From NCBI GenBank assembly GCA_043228905.1, contig JBHGNT010000013.1, forward strand, positions 3,844,001-3,908,000: DNA of 64,000 nt. The letters are read 5' to 3'. Within the stretch, counting starts at the first letter, position 1. Each line of letters opens with the position of its first letter. The translations under genes and the position numbers were made by a program. This document shows positions 1 to 11,700 of this stretch, in pieces. Below the pieces are notes generated by a model. It was not told the origin of the DNA. It ran no database searches and saw nothing but the letters and a program-made list of their open reading frames with translations. The DNA comes from Azolla caroliniana (taxonomy: Eukaryota > Plantae > Polypodiophyta).

Positions 1-346
1 TTACAAATATCGCCCCGATGGATTCTCAGAAACATATTTACGAATATGTCCCTTCATCCGGTGAGCACTTCTCACGGAGCCTTCACCATCCGGCTCTTGC
101 CGGGTACTCGTCATCCGGTTCTCACCGGGTCTTCCGTAGTTGGGTACTCTTCATTCGGTTCTCACCAGGTCTTCTGTTGTCGGGTACTCTTCATCCGGTT
201 CTCACCGGGTCTTCACCATTCAGCTCTTGCCGGGTACTACTCATCCGGTTCTCACCGGATCTTCCATTGCCGGGTACTCCACATCCGAGTTTGCTCATCA
301 ATACTGTTCTTCTCACTTCCCATCCGGAGGGACCTGTTTCCTAACA
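1..346 (-). mobile_element. Partial LTR (probable Copia-type family), 5' end, inserted in the Trp-primed Gypsy; continues off the left edge
   Basis: Ends ...GGACCTGTTTCCTAACA at 346 (TGTTAGG on minus). Homologous to the LTR at 18980-19663, including the CGGGTACTC-TTCATCCGGTT tandem repeats. Confidence 0.7.
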
Positions 347-1126
347 CATGGAACTCCTTTTTTGTTATTCTGAGTAATTCCTGAGGCGAAAATTCTACCC
401 GGCTATCGAGGATTCTCTCTTCTAACACTTTTTTCAAGTTTGTTTGTTGTTCGATGTCCGTGGCGAGCTTGAATGCCGGAATCGTCTTTTCTTTTCCCTT
501 CCCTCCGAAGTTCCATCTTTCCGGTGTCTTTGATCGTCCGGCCGCATCATCCATGCGCTGTTGTTTTTCATCCACATACACTTCATGCAATTGACATAGC
601 GCATGTACGCTATTCTTATCTATGGTACATTCTGCGGTGCTTCAGATTTCATCCTGGTCGGCTTTCTTCGAAATTTCTAACACTTCCGGCCAAAAAGACG
701 CCTTTGCTGTAGATGACTCCCCCACACGTATTCCCGCGGTTATCGCATAATTGTCTTTCGCCGCGATCTCCTCCTCTAGGACCTTCTTCATGTTGCCTTT
801 CTGGAAGTTTGGTCGGAGTAGCTTCTGAGAATCCATCAAATGAATCCGATTTCCCTCGTAGTAGATAAGATCCCGTCTTAGCGCCTCCTTGTGCTCGTCG
901 CAATCTCTCCGATTATGTCCGGTGGTATCGCACCATATGCATCGACGGTCCATGTACTTGGAACTTGTGGGACGGTCTTCCGTCTTCTTCACTATCGAAA
1001 TTTTCTTTAGCAATTGCTCCATCATGGTTGCATCGATTCCCTTCTCAGTCGTAGTCTCCCGAGTCCGCGGTTGATGGTCTTCCGATCCGGATCTCGGTTT
1101 CGGAATCGGTTCCGAAACCCTCTTTT
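347..1126 (-). pseudogene. gag: gag C-terminal part (zinc knuckle) and downstream polyprotein linker of the Trp-primed Gypsy
   Basis: ORFs 642-1202 (CIWCDTTGHNRRDC) and 252-590, with stops/frameshifts. Confidence 0.7.
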
Positions 1127-1148
1127 TGTCACAAAATGTGAATATCAA

Positions 1149-1201
1149 GGTTTGAACTTGTGACCTCCAAACAATGGTCTTACACTTCAACCATTGCACC
1201 A
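1149..1201 (-). promoter_or_regulatory. tRNA-type Pol III A box/B box module in LTR U3 (antisense)
   Basis: Minus strand TGGTGCAATGG (1201-1191) and AGTTCAAACC (1158-1149), 43 nt apart; copy in the 3' LTR. Confidence 0.55.
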
Positions 1202-1543
1202 ACTCATTTTCATTAGTAAATACATTTTCATATTATTATTATTCAAGAACTCTAGAGCACTAGACACATTAGATGACCGCCAAATGGCATGCGCCCTATA
1301 CGCCAAGTGGCGCACAACATATATGCCAAATGGCGATCATGCACATTCTGATGTATAGTATATAAGTCGAAGATCTGCTTAGTGTTGAACCATTCCGGTT
1401 CAACACCAGTCTTCAGCAACCTTGTAATCTCAGTTTCCGGTAATAGAAGTTCTTGTATTTTTGTCTTGTAAACTTCTTCTCGTTTGTTATTATCTTCTTT
1501 TCTTCCAAATTGACCTTGTCTTCGAAGCTTGGGTCACGACAGT

Positions 1544-1555
1544 TTGAACCGGAAT
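1544..1555 (+). promoter_or_regulatory. Self-priming primer-binding site
   Basis: TTGAACCGGAAT is the exact reverse complement of ATTCCGGTTCAA at 1392-1403, about 33 nt after TATATAAG (1359). Confidence 0.85.
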
Positions 1556-1600
1556 CCCACATTTTTTTTCTCGAGTATCTAGTGAAGTTTTTCCGTCACA

Positions 1601-2729
1601 ATGGAGATCGTCAGTAAACAAGAGTATATGCGTATTCTCTCAGAACCTGACCTCCTAACAACAAAATTTATTGCATTGGAACAAGAGAATCATAAACTTC
1701 TTGGCGACTTGCAACAAGTGAGCGTTGAAAAGGCACAACAACATGAGGAACTCTCGAAACGTGTCCAACAACTTGAAGCTATTGTGTTATCTCTTCGACA
1801 ACAAGCTTCAACCTCTCAAAGTTTGTTGAAAGAACCCAAAATTAGTTTACCAACAAAATTTGATGGTACAAGGTCTCAAGTCCGAGGATTCTTAAATCAG
1901 GTACGACTTATAATTCATATGCATCCCAACCGATATCCAACTGACGCAGCTCGAGTGGGGTTAGTTGGAACATTATTGACAGGAACCGCACTAGCATGGT
2001 TTGCTTGCTAGAGAAAAAATCCCCAATACTAGAAAATTTTGATACCTTTATCAACGAATTCCAAGCTAGTTTTGGTGATACTGAGTGTAAGAACATCAAT
2101 AAACAAGATACGTAGGTTGCGCCAAGGAGATCGGCCAGCCTCAGCTTACACAACTGATTTTTGTCTTCTTGCTTGTGATATCCCTTGGGATGAAGCAGCG
2201 ATGATGAACTTGTTTCGACATGGTTTGCGTAATGATGTTAAAGACTTGGTCTTAACTTTTCCTGATGAACCCAAATCACTGACAGAAGCTATTAGCCGTG
2301 CAATTCGATGTGACAATCGTTTGTTCGAAAGACGTTCTGAGCGCCAACAAACGTCGACACGCCTTAGATCTAAGCAAACATATGCCTCAACATTAGCCTC
2401 ACCACCTTTAGGACCAGTGCAAGTTCCTAATACTAATTCTTTTAATGGACCTACTCCAATGGAGATTGATGCAGCACGTCGTCGAGGTCCTTCGTCCGAA
2501 GCTGAGAAACAACGACGTCGAGCAAATCGACTTTGCCTATAATGTGGTGGTCTAGGACATATAGCAATACATTGTCCACAATGACCAAAGAGACAATTAA
2601 ATCAAGTAAGTGCTATTGAGAATTTTATGTTCTCCAATCAAAGCCAATAAACCAAGAACTATTGTCAACAACCCTCAATCCAATAGTTTTGATGTTCTAA
2701 TCCAACTAGATGAGATGTTAAACGAGTAA
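1601..2729 (+). pseudogene. gag: gag (coiled-coil N-terminus, capsid EPKISLPTKFDG, PMEID, degenerate CCHC knuckle)
   Basis: ORFs 1601-2011 and 2039-2542 with frameshifts and premature stops. Confidence 0.85.
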
Positions 2730-5700
2730 GTCCAGCCAAAATCGAAGCCATTTGGTTGGACCAACCAAAGAATATAGAACTTGTTCCAAGCTTAGGTTCC
2801 ATTTCATCGAACCGAGTCAATGAAGTTTTCACAGCGCAAGTTGAACTCAGCACATCAAGATGTCATCAAGTTCTTGCATCTGCGCTCTTGGATTCAGGAG
2901 CCAACTCATGTTTCATGGATTGGGATTTTGCCACAACACAAGAAATTATACTCTATAAGCTTCCTCGTCCAGCATCAGTAGCAGTAATTGATGGACGTTC
3001 TATTGCATCAAGAGATATTACTGAAGAATCAGAGCCTATTCGTGTAGTTCTTGGTAATTTAGCTACTATAATATCTTTTAATATCATAAGTAGTCCCAAA
3101 CATCCAATTGTTCTTGGGTTGCCGTGGTTTGAACTTCATAATCCAAAGATTGATTGGAAGAAGCGGGAAATCATAAACTCACGAGACAACACTTTAAGGC
3201 TCATCACCACATCAACCTCAAACCTAACACCAAGACATATATAAACTATCTCTCTCAAAAGATTACATAAAGAAGCTACAATAGAAGATATGTTTGTGTT
3301 TGTAGTGGTCATAACCCCATTCTCAAGCCCACAAGTTTCAGAGGTCCATTTGCCATCAAAGTATCAAGAATTTTCCGATGTGTTTGATAAGGTAAAGGCC
3401 ACAACACTTCCTGATCATCACCCATATGATTGTCCCATTGATTTGCATGCTTAGAAGGAACCACCATGGGGACCAATTTATAACCTTTCGCCATCAGAAT
3501 TGAAAGTTCTTCGAGAATATTTTGATGAGAGTCTTGCAAATGGCTTTATTCGACATTCCCGATCTCCTGCTGGCGCTCCTAATTTTTTTGTTAAGAAGAA
3601 AGATGGCTCTTTATGTTTGGTCGTAGACTATCGAGGCTTGAACAAGGTTATGATTCGAAATCGATATGCTCTATCATTGATTCCAAATCTCTTGGAACGT
3701 CTCAATGGGGCCAAATACTTCACAAGGCTAGACTTACGAGGAGCTTACAACCTTGTTCGTATTCGACCTGGTGATGAATGGAAAACTGCTTTTCGCACAC
3801 GATATGGTCACTTTGAGTACACAGTAATGCCATTCGGGCTTACAAATGCTCCAACAGTTTTCCAACATATGGAAAATGATATCTTTCGAGATTTCCTCGA
3901 TATCTTCACGATAATTTATTTGGATGACATACTAATCTACTCAAAGACACAAGAGGAGCATAATAATCATGTTCGACAAGTTCTACAACGATTACGAGAA
4001 TTTGGTCTTTATGCCAAACTAGAGAAGTGTTGCTTTGACCGCAATCAAGTCGAGTTTCTAGGGTATATGGTCTCTCCAGAAGGTATTTTTATGGATCCAA
4101 AGAAAGTACAAACAATTCTAGATTGGAAGACACCAGGCTCAGTTCGTGATTTGCAATGTTACTTGGGATTTGCGAATTTCTACCGCAAGTTCATCAAGAG
4201 TTACTCAAAAGTTGTTTTGCCCCTCACTGAACTAACACAGAAGAACCAACCATTTGTATGGACATCAAGTGCAGCTGATGCATTTGATAGCTTGAAGCAA
4301 GCATTTACATCTGCTCCCATTTTGGTCCACGTTGACCTTAAAAAGCCGTTTATCATAGAAGCAGATGCATCTGATTTTGCACTCGGAAGTGTTCTATCGC
4401 AAGTAGCGGATGATGAGAAATTACATCCAGTTGCATTTCATTCAAGAAAGTTTGAACCTGTAGAAATCAATTATGAAATCCATGACAAAGAATTGTTGGC
4501 AATTGTTGATTCTTTCGAACAATGGTGTCACTTCTTGGAAGGTTCTCCCCACCAAATTATTGTTTACAACGATCATAAAAACCTCACATACTTTCAAAAT
4601 GCTCGAGTTCTAAATCGACGACAAGCTCGGTGAGCACAATTTCTAACACGGTTCAACTTTGTGATAACATATCGACCAGGAACACAACAAGGTAAAGCTG
4701 ATGCCTTATCAAGACGCTCGTATTTTGCACCAAAACCGGGGGACCCAACTTACGACAATCAAGAACAAGTCCTTTTGAGCCCTAGTTGTCTACGATTAAT
4801 GGTGACAAATGTTGCTGAGACAACTTTGGATTCAATTTTTCTTGATTCTATTTGCTCGAGCATTGGTTCAGATGATTTTGCACAAGATATTTTAGACCAC
4901 ATTGTTCTAGGTCGTGCTTCTTGTTCATGCTCCAAGTTTTCTCACATGGAATATGGGAACTTCAGTTGGCATGATGGGTTGCTTTTTCGAAACAACCGTA
5001 CTAATATTCTTGATGGACCTTTTCGACTTGAAGTCTTGCATCACTGCCATGATTCACCGCTAGCTGGACATTTCGGAGTTTTGAAAACATTAGAGCTAGT
5101 TACCCGAAACTATTGGTGGCCTCAGGTTCGTTAGTTTGTTATAGACTATGTTTCTACTTGTGATGTATGTTGTCGATCAAAGATGCCTCGACATCGGCCA
5201 TATGGTTTGTTGCACCCATTGCCCATTCCAGATGGTCTGTGGATATCCATTTCTATCGATTTCATCACAGATCTCCCATCTTCCCAAGGCTATGATGCAA
5301 TTCTTACTGTGGTGGATCGCTTTACGAAAATGGCACATTTTCTTCCATGTAGAAAAACTTTTACTAGTCAAGAATTGACAAGTCTTGTTATGCAAGAAGT
5401 TTTCAAGCACCATGGACTTCCAGATGAAATCATTAGTGATCGTGGACCACAATTTATTGCAAAGTTTTGGACACACTTACTGGAGAGCCTTGGAATTTCT
5501 CGTAAACTATCTTCAAGCTACCATCCTCAAACCGATGGGCAAACGGAACGCACAAATCAAACATTAGAACAATACCTCCGTTGCTTTATCAACTATCAAC
5601 AAGATGATTGGATGGATTTCTTACATATGGCAAAATTTGCTTACAATAATTCAATCCATTCTTCTACGGGATTCACTCCGTTCTTTGCAAACACAAGATA

Positions 5701-6363
5701 TCATCCTCGATGGATGATGCTTGAATGTCAAAAGTCTCAAAAAATCCCATGGTCAAAGATCGTCTAGAAAAACTCAAAGAAATTCAAACCAAACTTTCTC
5801 ACAATTTGCTTCATGCTCAAGCCAAGTACAAGAAGGTGGCAGATAAACATCGCTTAGATTCTTCACTTGAAGACCCTAAGTTTAAAGTTGGTGATCGTGT
5901 TTGGTTATTGCGTCGTAATGTGAAAACTACTCGACCAAGTGCCAAATTGGATTTCCAACGTCTAGGTCCATTTGTAATCTCTCTTCAAGTCAACGATGTT
6001 GCATTTCGTCTGGACCTACCTTCACATATGCGTCTTCATCCAGTATTTCATGTTTCATTATTAGAACCATGGACATCAAGTTCTATTCCAAATCGGGTTA
6101 TCCCACCACCACCTCCGGTTCAACTTGTTGAAGGACCTGAATATGAAGTAGAAGCTATTTTGGATTCTATGATCATTCGCCATAAGTTATATTATCTAGT
6201 AGATTGGCTGGGATACATGCCTGCGGATCAGACATGGGAACCTGCAACGAACGTCACTAATGCCTCTGAACTTATACAAGAGTTTCATCTTCGTTATCCT
6301 CCTAAACCAAAACCTAGTTCATGCATTGCAACTCATGGAACTCGTCGTCAAAGGAGGGGATGA
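2717..6363 (+). pseudogene. pol: pol: protease (LLDSGA), RT (YLDD), RNase H (ADASD), integrase (HHCC, DFI/SDRG/DGQTE), GPF, chromodomain
   Basis: ORFs 2756-3244, 3500-4633, 4661-5134, 5183-5767, 5725-6363 (EYEVEAILD...YLVDWLGY...TWEP). Confidence 0.92.
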
Positions 6364-6795
6364 TGTCACAAAATGTGAATATCAAGGTTTGAACTTGTGA
6401 CCTTCAAACAATGGTCTTACACATCAACCATTGCACCAACTCATTTTCATTAATAAATACGTTTTCATATTATTATTAATCAAGAACTCTAGAGCACTAG
6501 ACACATTAGATGACCGCCAAATGGCATGCACCATATAAGCCAAGTGGCGCACAACATGTATGCCAAATGGCGATCATGCACATTCTGATGTATAGTATAT
6601 AAGTCGAAGATCTGCTTAGTGTTGAACCATTCCGGTTTTTGGTAATCTCGGTAATCTGCTTAGTCTTCAGCAACCTTGTAATCTCGGTTTCTGGTAATAG
6701 AAGTTCTTGTAATTTTGTCTTGTAAACGTCTTCTCGTTTGTTATTATCTTCTTTTCTTCCAAACCGACCTTGTCTTCGAAGCTTGGGTCGCGACA

Positions 6796-7590
6796 CTTTT
6801 CTTCGTTGGCAAGCCATTGCCCCCTCTTTGTGTATCGTGTGACGATATCCCGCACGCTTTCCCATGTTTTGGTGAGGCCACTCTCGGTAGTCGTGTCCTC
6901 TAGAAGCACTCCAAGATCGTTCCGGTCCCGGACGTCTACGGCTCGTAAGAACATGATAACTTTGTCCGGTGCGAGGATAGCTTGATCTCTCACAGACAAC
7001 CTCCCGAACCGACTTTCGAATGCTGAAAACATATCGAGGCCACTCTCGATAGTCGTGTCCTCTAGAAGCACTCCAAGATCCTTCCGGTCCCGGACGTCTA
7101 CGGCTCGTAAGAACATGATAACTTTGTCCGGTGCGAGGATAGCTTGATCTCTCGCAGAAAACCTCCCGAACCGACTTTTGAATGCCGAAAACACATAGAG
7201 GACCTTCATCCCCTTGTCCGGCGTTTCCACCCAATCCTCGAATCCTCTCCTCGTTGCCTTGGACGATTCCTCGATAGCGAACATGGTCTTTAGTGCCTGT
7301 TCAAATGCTTCACATGTCGGATTTTGTTGTCGTAGCCCGTGGATACTTACTTGAAGCCCGTCGGTAGCCACCTTGTTGAAGGATGTCGCTTGCAGTTCTT
7401 CCGAAATCCCGCACCGTATCATTTCCGCCTTGTAGTCCTGAAGATAGCGTGATACATCCTTTCCGTTGAATTGCCCGATTCGTTGCACGAGCCGCTCTAC
7501 TGCTGCCGTTATCTCTAACATCACATGTTGTTCTTGAAGCATCCGCTCGAACATCATCATCATGTTGTTAGCCTCCGGTTGATTTTCCAT
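6796..7590 (-). pseudogene. gag: gag N-terminal capsid-like region of the Trp-primed Gypsy with an in-frame 162-bp tandem duplication
   Basis: ORF 6667-7677 (FNGKDVSRYLQDYKAEM); RFGR...ESGL segment repeated; homologous to 58348-59352. Confidence 0.75.
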
Positions 7591-7606
7591 CTCCTTGCCA
7601 CCCGCT

Positions 7607-7624
7607 TTCATGTCGGGTTCACCA
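7607..7624 (-). promoter_or_regulatory. tRNA-Trp primer-binding site
   Basis: Minus TGGTGAACCCGACATGAA, complementary to the plant tRNA-Trp 3' end ...TTCACGTCGGGTTCACCA (1 mismatch), 4 nt from the LTR. Confidence 0.8.
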
Positions 7625-8119
7625 CTTCTGTCGTGCCTTTCGGCTCCGGATCGTTGCGTGAGTTGGGCGGGAACCACTAAGGTTTTGGGCTAGGAGAAAA
7701 TAAAATTCTAAGGAAATGAAGAATATGAAATATGTTGTAAGAAAGAAAGATATGAAAAACTCGTGAATCTGACGAGTATAGTGTATTAGTGAGTACTCAG
7801 ATTAAGAGAGAAAAATAGTTAGCAAATTCATGAATCCCACGATTATATTATATTAATCCACCCTTGGAAAATAAGCAACAACCACTATACATCTTTCTCT
7901 CTCCCTTATATAGTGTTGGCAGAGTCTAAGTTTATCACATGCAAGCATCATGCTTTTCCTAACTTTAGTTTTCACGCACACTGCATGTGCATGATTAGCT
8001 TTCTATCCCATCTTTTCTTTTAACTCGAGTGTGTATGCATGAATAACTTTTTGTACGATGCATATCTAGAACATTTACATGAGAGAAATTTTAGTATAAC
8101 TTTAAGCTTCATAATATGT

Positions 8120-8173
8120 TGGTATAGTGGTAAGGCTGGGGTTTGTCTACGTGGAGGTACAGGGTTTGAACCC
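8120..8173 (+). promoter_or_regulatory. tRNA-type A/B box module in LTR U3 (antisense to element)
   Basis: TGGTATAGTGG at 8120 and GGTTTGAACCC at 8163 (43 nt). Confidence 0.55.
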
Positions 8174-8799
8174 TACCCTATGCACGTAATAAATATTTTT
8201 AATATTTTATTTGATTTATTATATGTACTTTAAATCGGATATAGTATTTTACATATTTCACTTAGTGTATGAGTCACACTATGACAACACAAGGTAAAGT
8301 ATATTAACAAAGGAGAAAGACTCAACATTTTACAAGGTGGGAGGAGGGTGCTTTATATAGTCACCCTCTCTCTTCATTAACTACAAGACTCATGGAGCAT
8401 GGGGAATGTGAAAGCTCATAAGTTATGTGTCATAGAATATGATTCTATGACTCATACTAAATGCTAGAATACAAAGTGGTAACATAATGGTGACTCTTGA
8501 CCGTTGGAATGTCTATTCACTCTCAAGGTGAGTTCACACACTAGACCAAGTTGAGCTTGATTCTCAACACGCCCCCTCAAGCTCAGGTCGGGTCGGTTTC
8601 AGATGGTATCCGAAATCCGCTTCGACTCGCGTTCCGGAGTCCGAATCCGTGCTCCAGCTTGCGTTGTGTGTAGTTGCGAAGTCTTTGCTTCAGCTTGCGT
8701 TTTTCCTCGCGGTTTTGCGCGGTAGATCGGCTCTTCGCGGCTTCGTTGCGCGGTTGTGGAATCCACACGTTATTGGGTAGTGTCTTCAGTACTCCCCCT

Positions 8800-11700
8800 C
8801 AAGCATGCCAGGTCAGGGATCATCAATCCGAGATCAGTCATGAATTGCTATAGCTTGTCGTCTCCTAAGGCTTTAGTGAAGATGTCGGCCATTTGAAGAT
8901 TTCTGCTAATGTGTTGTTGTAGGTCGACATCGCTAGCTAGAACGCGCTCTCAGATGAAGTGATAGTGCACTTCGATGTGCTTTGTCCGCGCGTGGAACAC
9001 CGTGTTTCGAGCCAGATAGATACTGCTCATGTTGTCGCAGTAAAGGGAAGTTTGATCCTTGATGGGTATGTCCAGATCCTTGAGTAGCCTTTTGAGCCAT
9101 ACGGCTTCACATGCGGCCACTGTCGCGCCCCTTTATTCCGCCTCTGTGCTCGAAAGAGCGACGATTGCTTGCTTTTTGTTTCTCCAGGATATTTTGCTCC
9201 GCTGCTCAGGGAAAAAACAAATCCGGAGGTTGATCTTCTATCGGCTTTGTAGCCGGCCCAATCAGTTTTTGTGTACCCCTCGAGTCATATTGGTATCGCG
9301 TTCTTGTAGAGGATGCCACAATCCAATGTGCTGCTCACGTATCATAGAAATCGCTTAGCACAAGGGTTGCTTTTTGCTGCTCCAGGATATTGCTCCGTTG
9401 TCGAGGGAAAAAACAAATCCGGAGGTTGATCTTCTATCGGCTTTGTAGCCGGCCCAATCGGCGTCTATGTACCCCTCGAGTCGTATTGGCATCACGGTCT
9501 TGTAGAGGATGCCACAATCCATTGTGCTGCTCACGTATCGTAGAACTCGCTTAGCGCAATCCAAGTGAGTATCACGCGGTGTTTGCAGGAATTCACTAAG
9601 GAGACCGACCGGATAACTGAGATCGGGTCGAGTGATTGTGAGGTAGATGAGTCTCCCGATGAGTTGCCGATACTGAGTCGGCTCACACACTTTGGTACTG
9701 GAGTTCGCATCTACATTGAGATTGCGATTGAGCGGGGTTGCCGCGGATTTGCACTCAGCCATACCAAACTTGTATAACAAATTGAGCATGTAGTGCTGTT
9801 GAGAGATCATGATTCCGGCCGGGGTCTGAATTACCTCGATGCCGAGGAAGTAATGGAGCTCCTTCATGTCCGTCATCTCGAACTTGCCGGAAAGGAGGCA
9901 TTTGACATTATTGATTTCGACGAGATGCTCACCTCCAATGATTAGGTCATCCACATATAAGACGATGACGATCGAACTTGCGGAATCGCGTCGTATGTAG
10001 AGGGAGTTGTCCGATTTTGACATATGGAAGCCCATTTGATGAAGATATTGTGTTATCTTCGAATGCCAAGCACGTGGTGCTTGCTTGAGGCCATAGAGTG
10101 GCTTCTTGAGTCAGCATACAACTTTCGGATGGGTGCTCGAGTTGAAGCCGAGTGGTTGTATCATGTACACCTCCTCTTCTAATTCGCCTAGTAGAAAGGC
10201 GTTCTTGATGTCCATTTGATGGACGTGCCACCCTTTCGCTGCGGCAAGTGCAATTACGGTGCGTACCGTCGTCTTTTTTGCCACCGGGGCAAAGGTCTCC
10301 TCGTAGTCAACTCTGTGCGTTTGTGCGTAGCCTTTCACTAAGAGTCGCGCTTTGTAGCGGTTGACGGAACCGTCGGCGTTGTACTTCACTTTGTAAATCC
10401 ATCTGCATCCGATCGCTTTTTTGTGTGGTGAGGTGGGAACGAGATCCCACATCTCGTTCTTGCGTAGTGCTTGCATCTCCTCGTTCATGGCTACTGAAAA
10501 GAGAGATGATGATAGAAAAGAGAGAGAAGGAAGATATAGAAACCCAAATCTACAAAGATATATTAATAAGGAGTGATGATCATAGAAACAAGAGAAAGAA
10601 GATACATAAACTCAAGCCTACAAAGATGAATTGATCACTAGAAAAACACACTACATGAATAGGCAAGAAAAACACCACAAGAAAAAAACTCCCCTCACCA
10701 CCTCACTCTTCTTGCTTTATATGAAGTTCTCCTCTAGCAGATAAGTTTCGCTTGCTTTCTTTTCCACGCTTTTTTTACAGCTTTTCCATCTCCTATTCTT
10801 AGCTATGATACAACGATCTTCTAATCGTCATATCTCCCTCATCCATGCTCCAAATTTAGAGTTTTAAAAAGCTACGGATAGCTCTCTTCACAACCTTTCT
10901 AATCCATATTTACACGTGATATTTGGGTGTCAAACGAGAGAGTTATGAGCGTTTGTTTCTGACTGCTTTTTGGTGCCCGCTTTTTTCTTCTTTTACTTTT
11001 CTCCACGTGACTTGCTTTTTGTTTGACTTATCCTCAAGACCTTAGCTCATGATCTTGCCCTCCGGATGTGAACGCACCATACCTTATATTCTTGTAGACT
11101 TCAATACCTTGAATTCTAAAAACACTTTCACAGCTACGATCCATCATGGATCCTTGGCTGCTTCGGAAAATGTTTCCGGCTCGCGTACTGTTGCCACCTT
11201 CATCATAAAGGCATAGTGATATGCCATGTAGTCGTTGTAGCAGAATCGGCTGACCGAATTCTTTTCATGGGTGGAGCGACAGAGATTTTCATTTGGAGAG
11301 ATGATGACTTTCTTAGCTCCGATTGGTACATCGAAGCCGCCGAACTCACTGTCGAGTGACTGCGTCGACTCATCGTCGTCGAAGTGATTGTCTTCGTATT
11401 CCGACATTTTCGTCTTGCCTTTGTCCATCTTCGGGCTAGGCCGTGATGTGCTTTGATTGCTCAAAGGATCTTGTAGTCCGCTTAGTCGGGTCGTGATCAG
11501 ACTTTCTTCGAACATGCGCGTAAGGCGATCTTCATCCTCTATCTCTTGTTCGGCGGATTCCGGGTCGAGCGGAGTTGGAGTCGAAGTTGTCTCTGGTGCG
11601 TACTAGGATGCAGACTCGTCAAAAATGACGTCTCGACTTGAGATTTTCGAGTTGAGGGGTTGTAGCACTTGTACCCCTTTTGCTTCAGTGAGTATCCTAC

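Larger units (their letters stand above)
1127..6795 (+). mobile_element. Full-length, degenerate chromodomain Ty3/Gypsy (Tf1/sushi/Tcn1-like, self-priming)
   Basis: LTRs 1127-1541 and 6364-6795 (TG...CA), TSD CTTTT (1122-1126/6796-6800), PPT AAGGAGGGGATGA 6351-6363, gag-PR-RT-RH-INT-chromodomain order. Confidence 0.95.
347..8286 (-). mobile_element. tRNA-Trp-primed Ty3/Gypsy (non-chromovirus) element, 5' portion, interrupted by a chromovirus and inserted in a Copia LTR
   Basis: 5' LTR 7629-8286 (TG...CA), Trp PBS 7607-7624, gag ORF 6796-7677 resuming at 1126-347 after the insertion, with a CX2CX4HX4C knuckle (CIWCDTTGHNRRDC). Confidence 0.8.

Noticed and set aside
18-384. Repetitive ORFs (GYSSSGSHR)
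   Set aside because: They arise from U3 tandem repeats of an LTR; likewise 18940-19269.
6506-7234. 242-aa ORF and the C-terminus of ORF 6667-7677
   Set aside because: These are an alternative frame of gag and read-through into the inserted chromovirus LTR.
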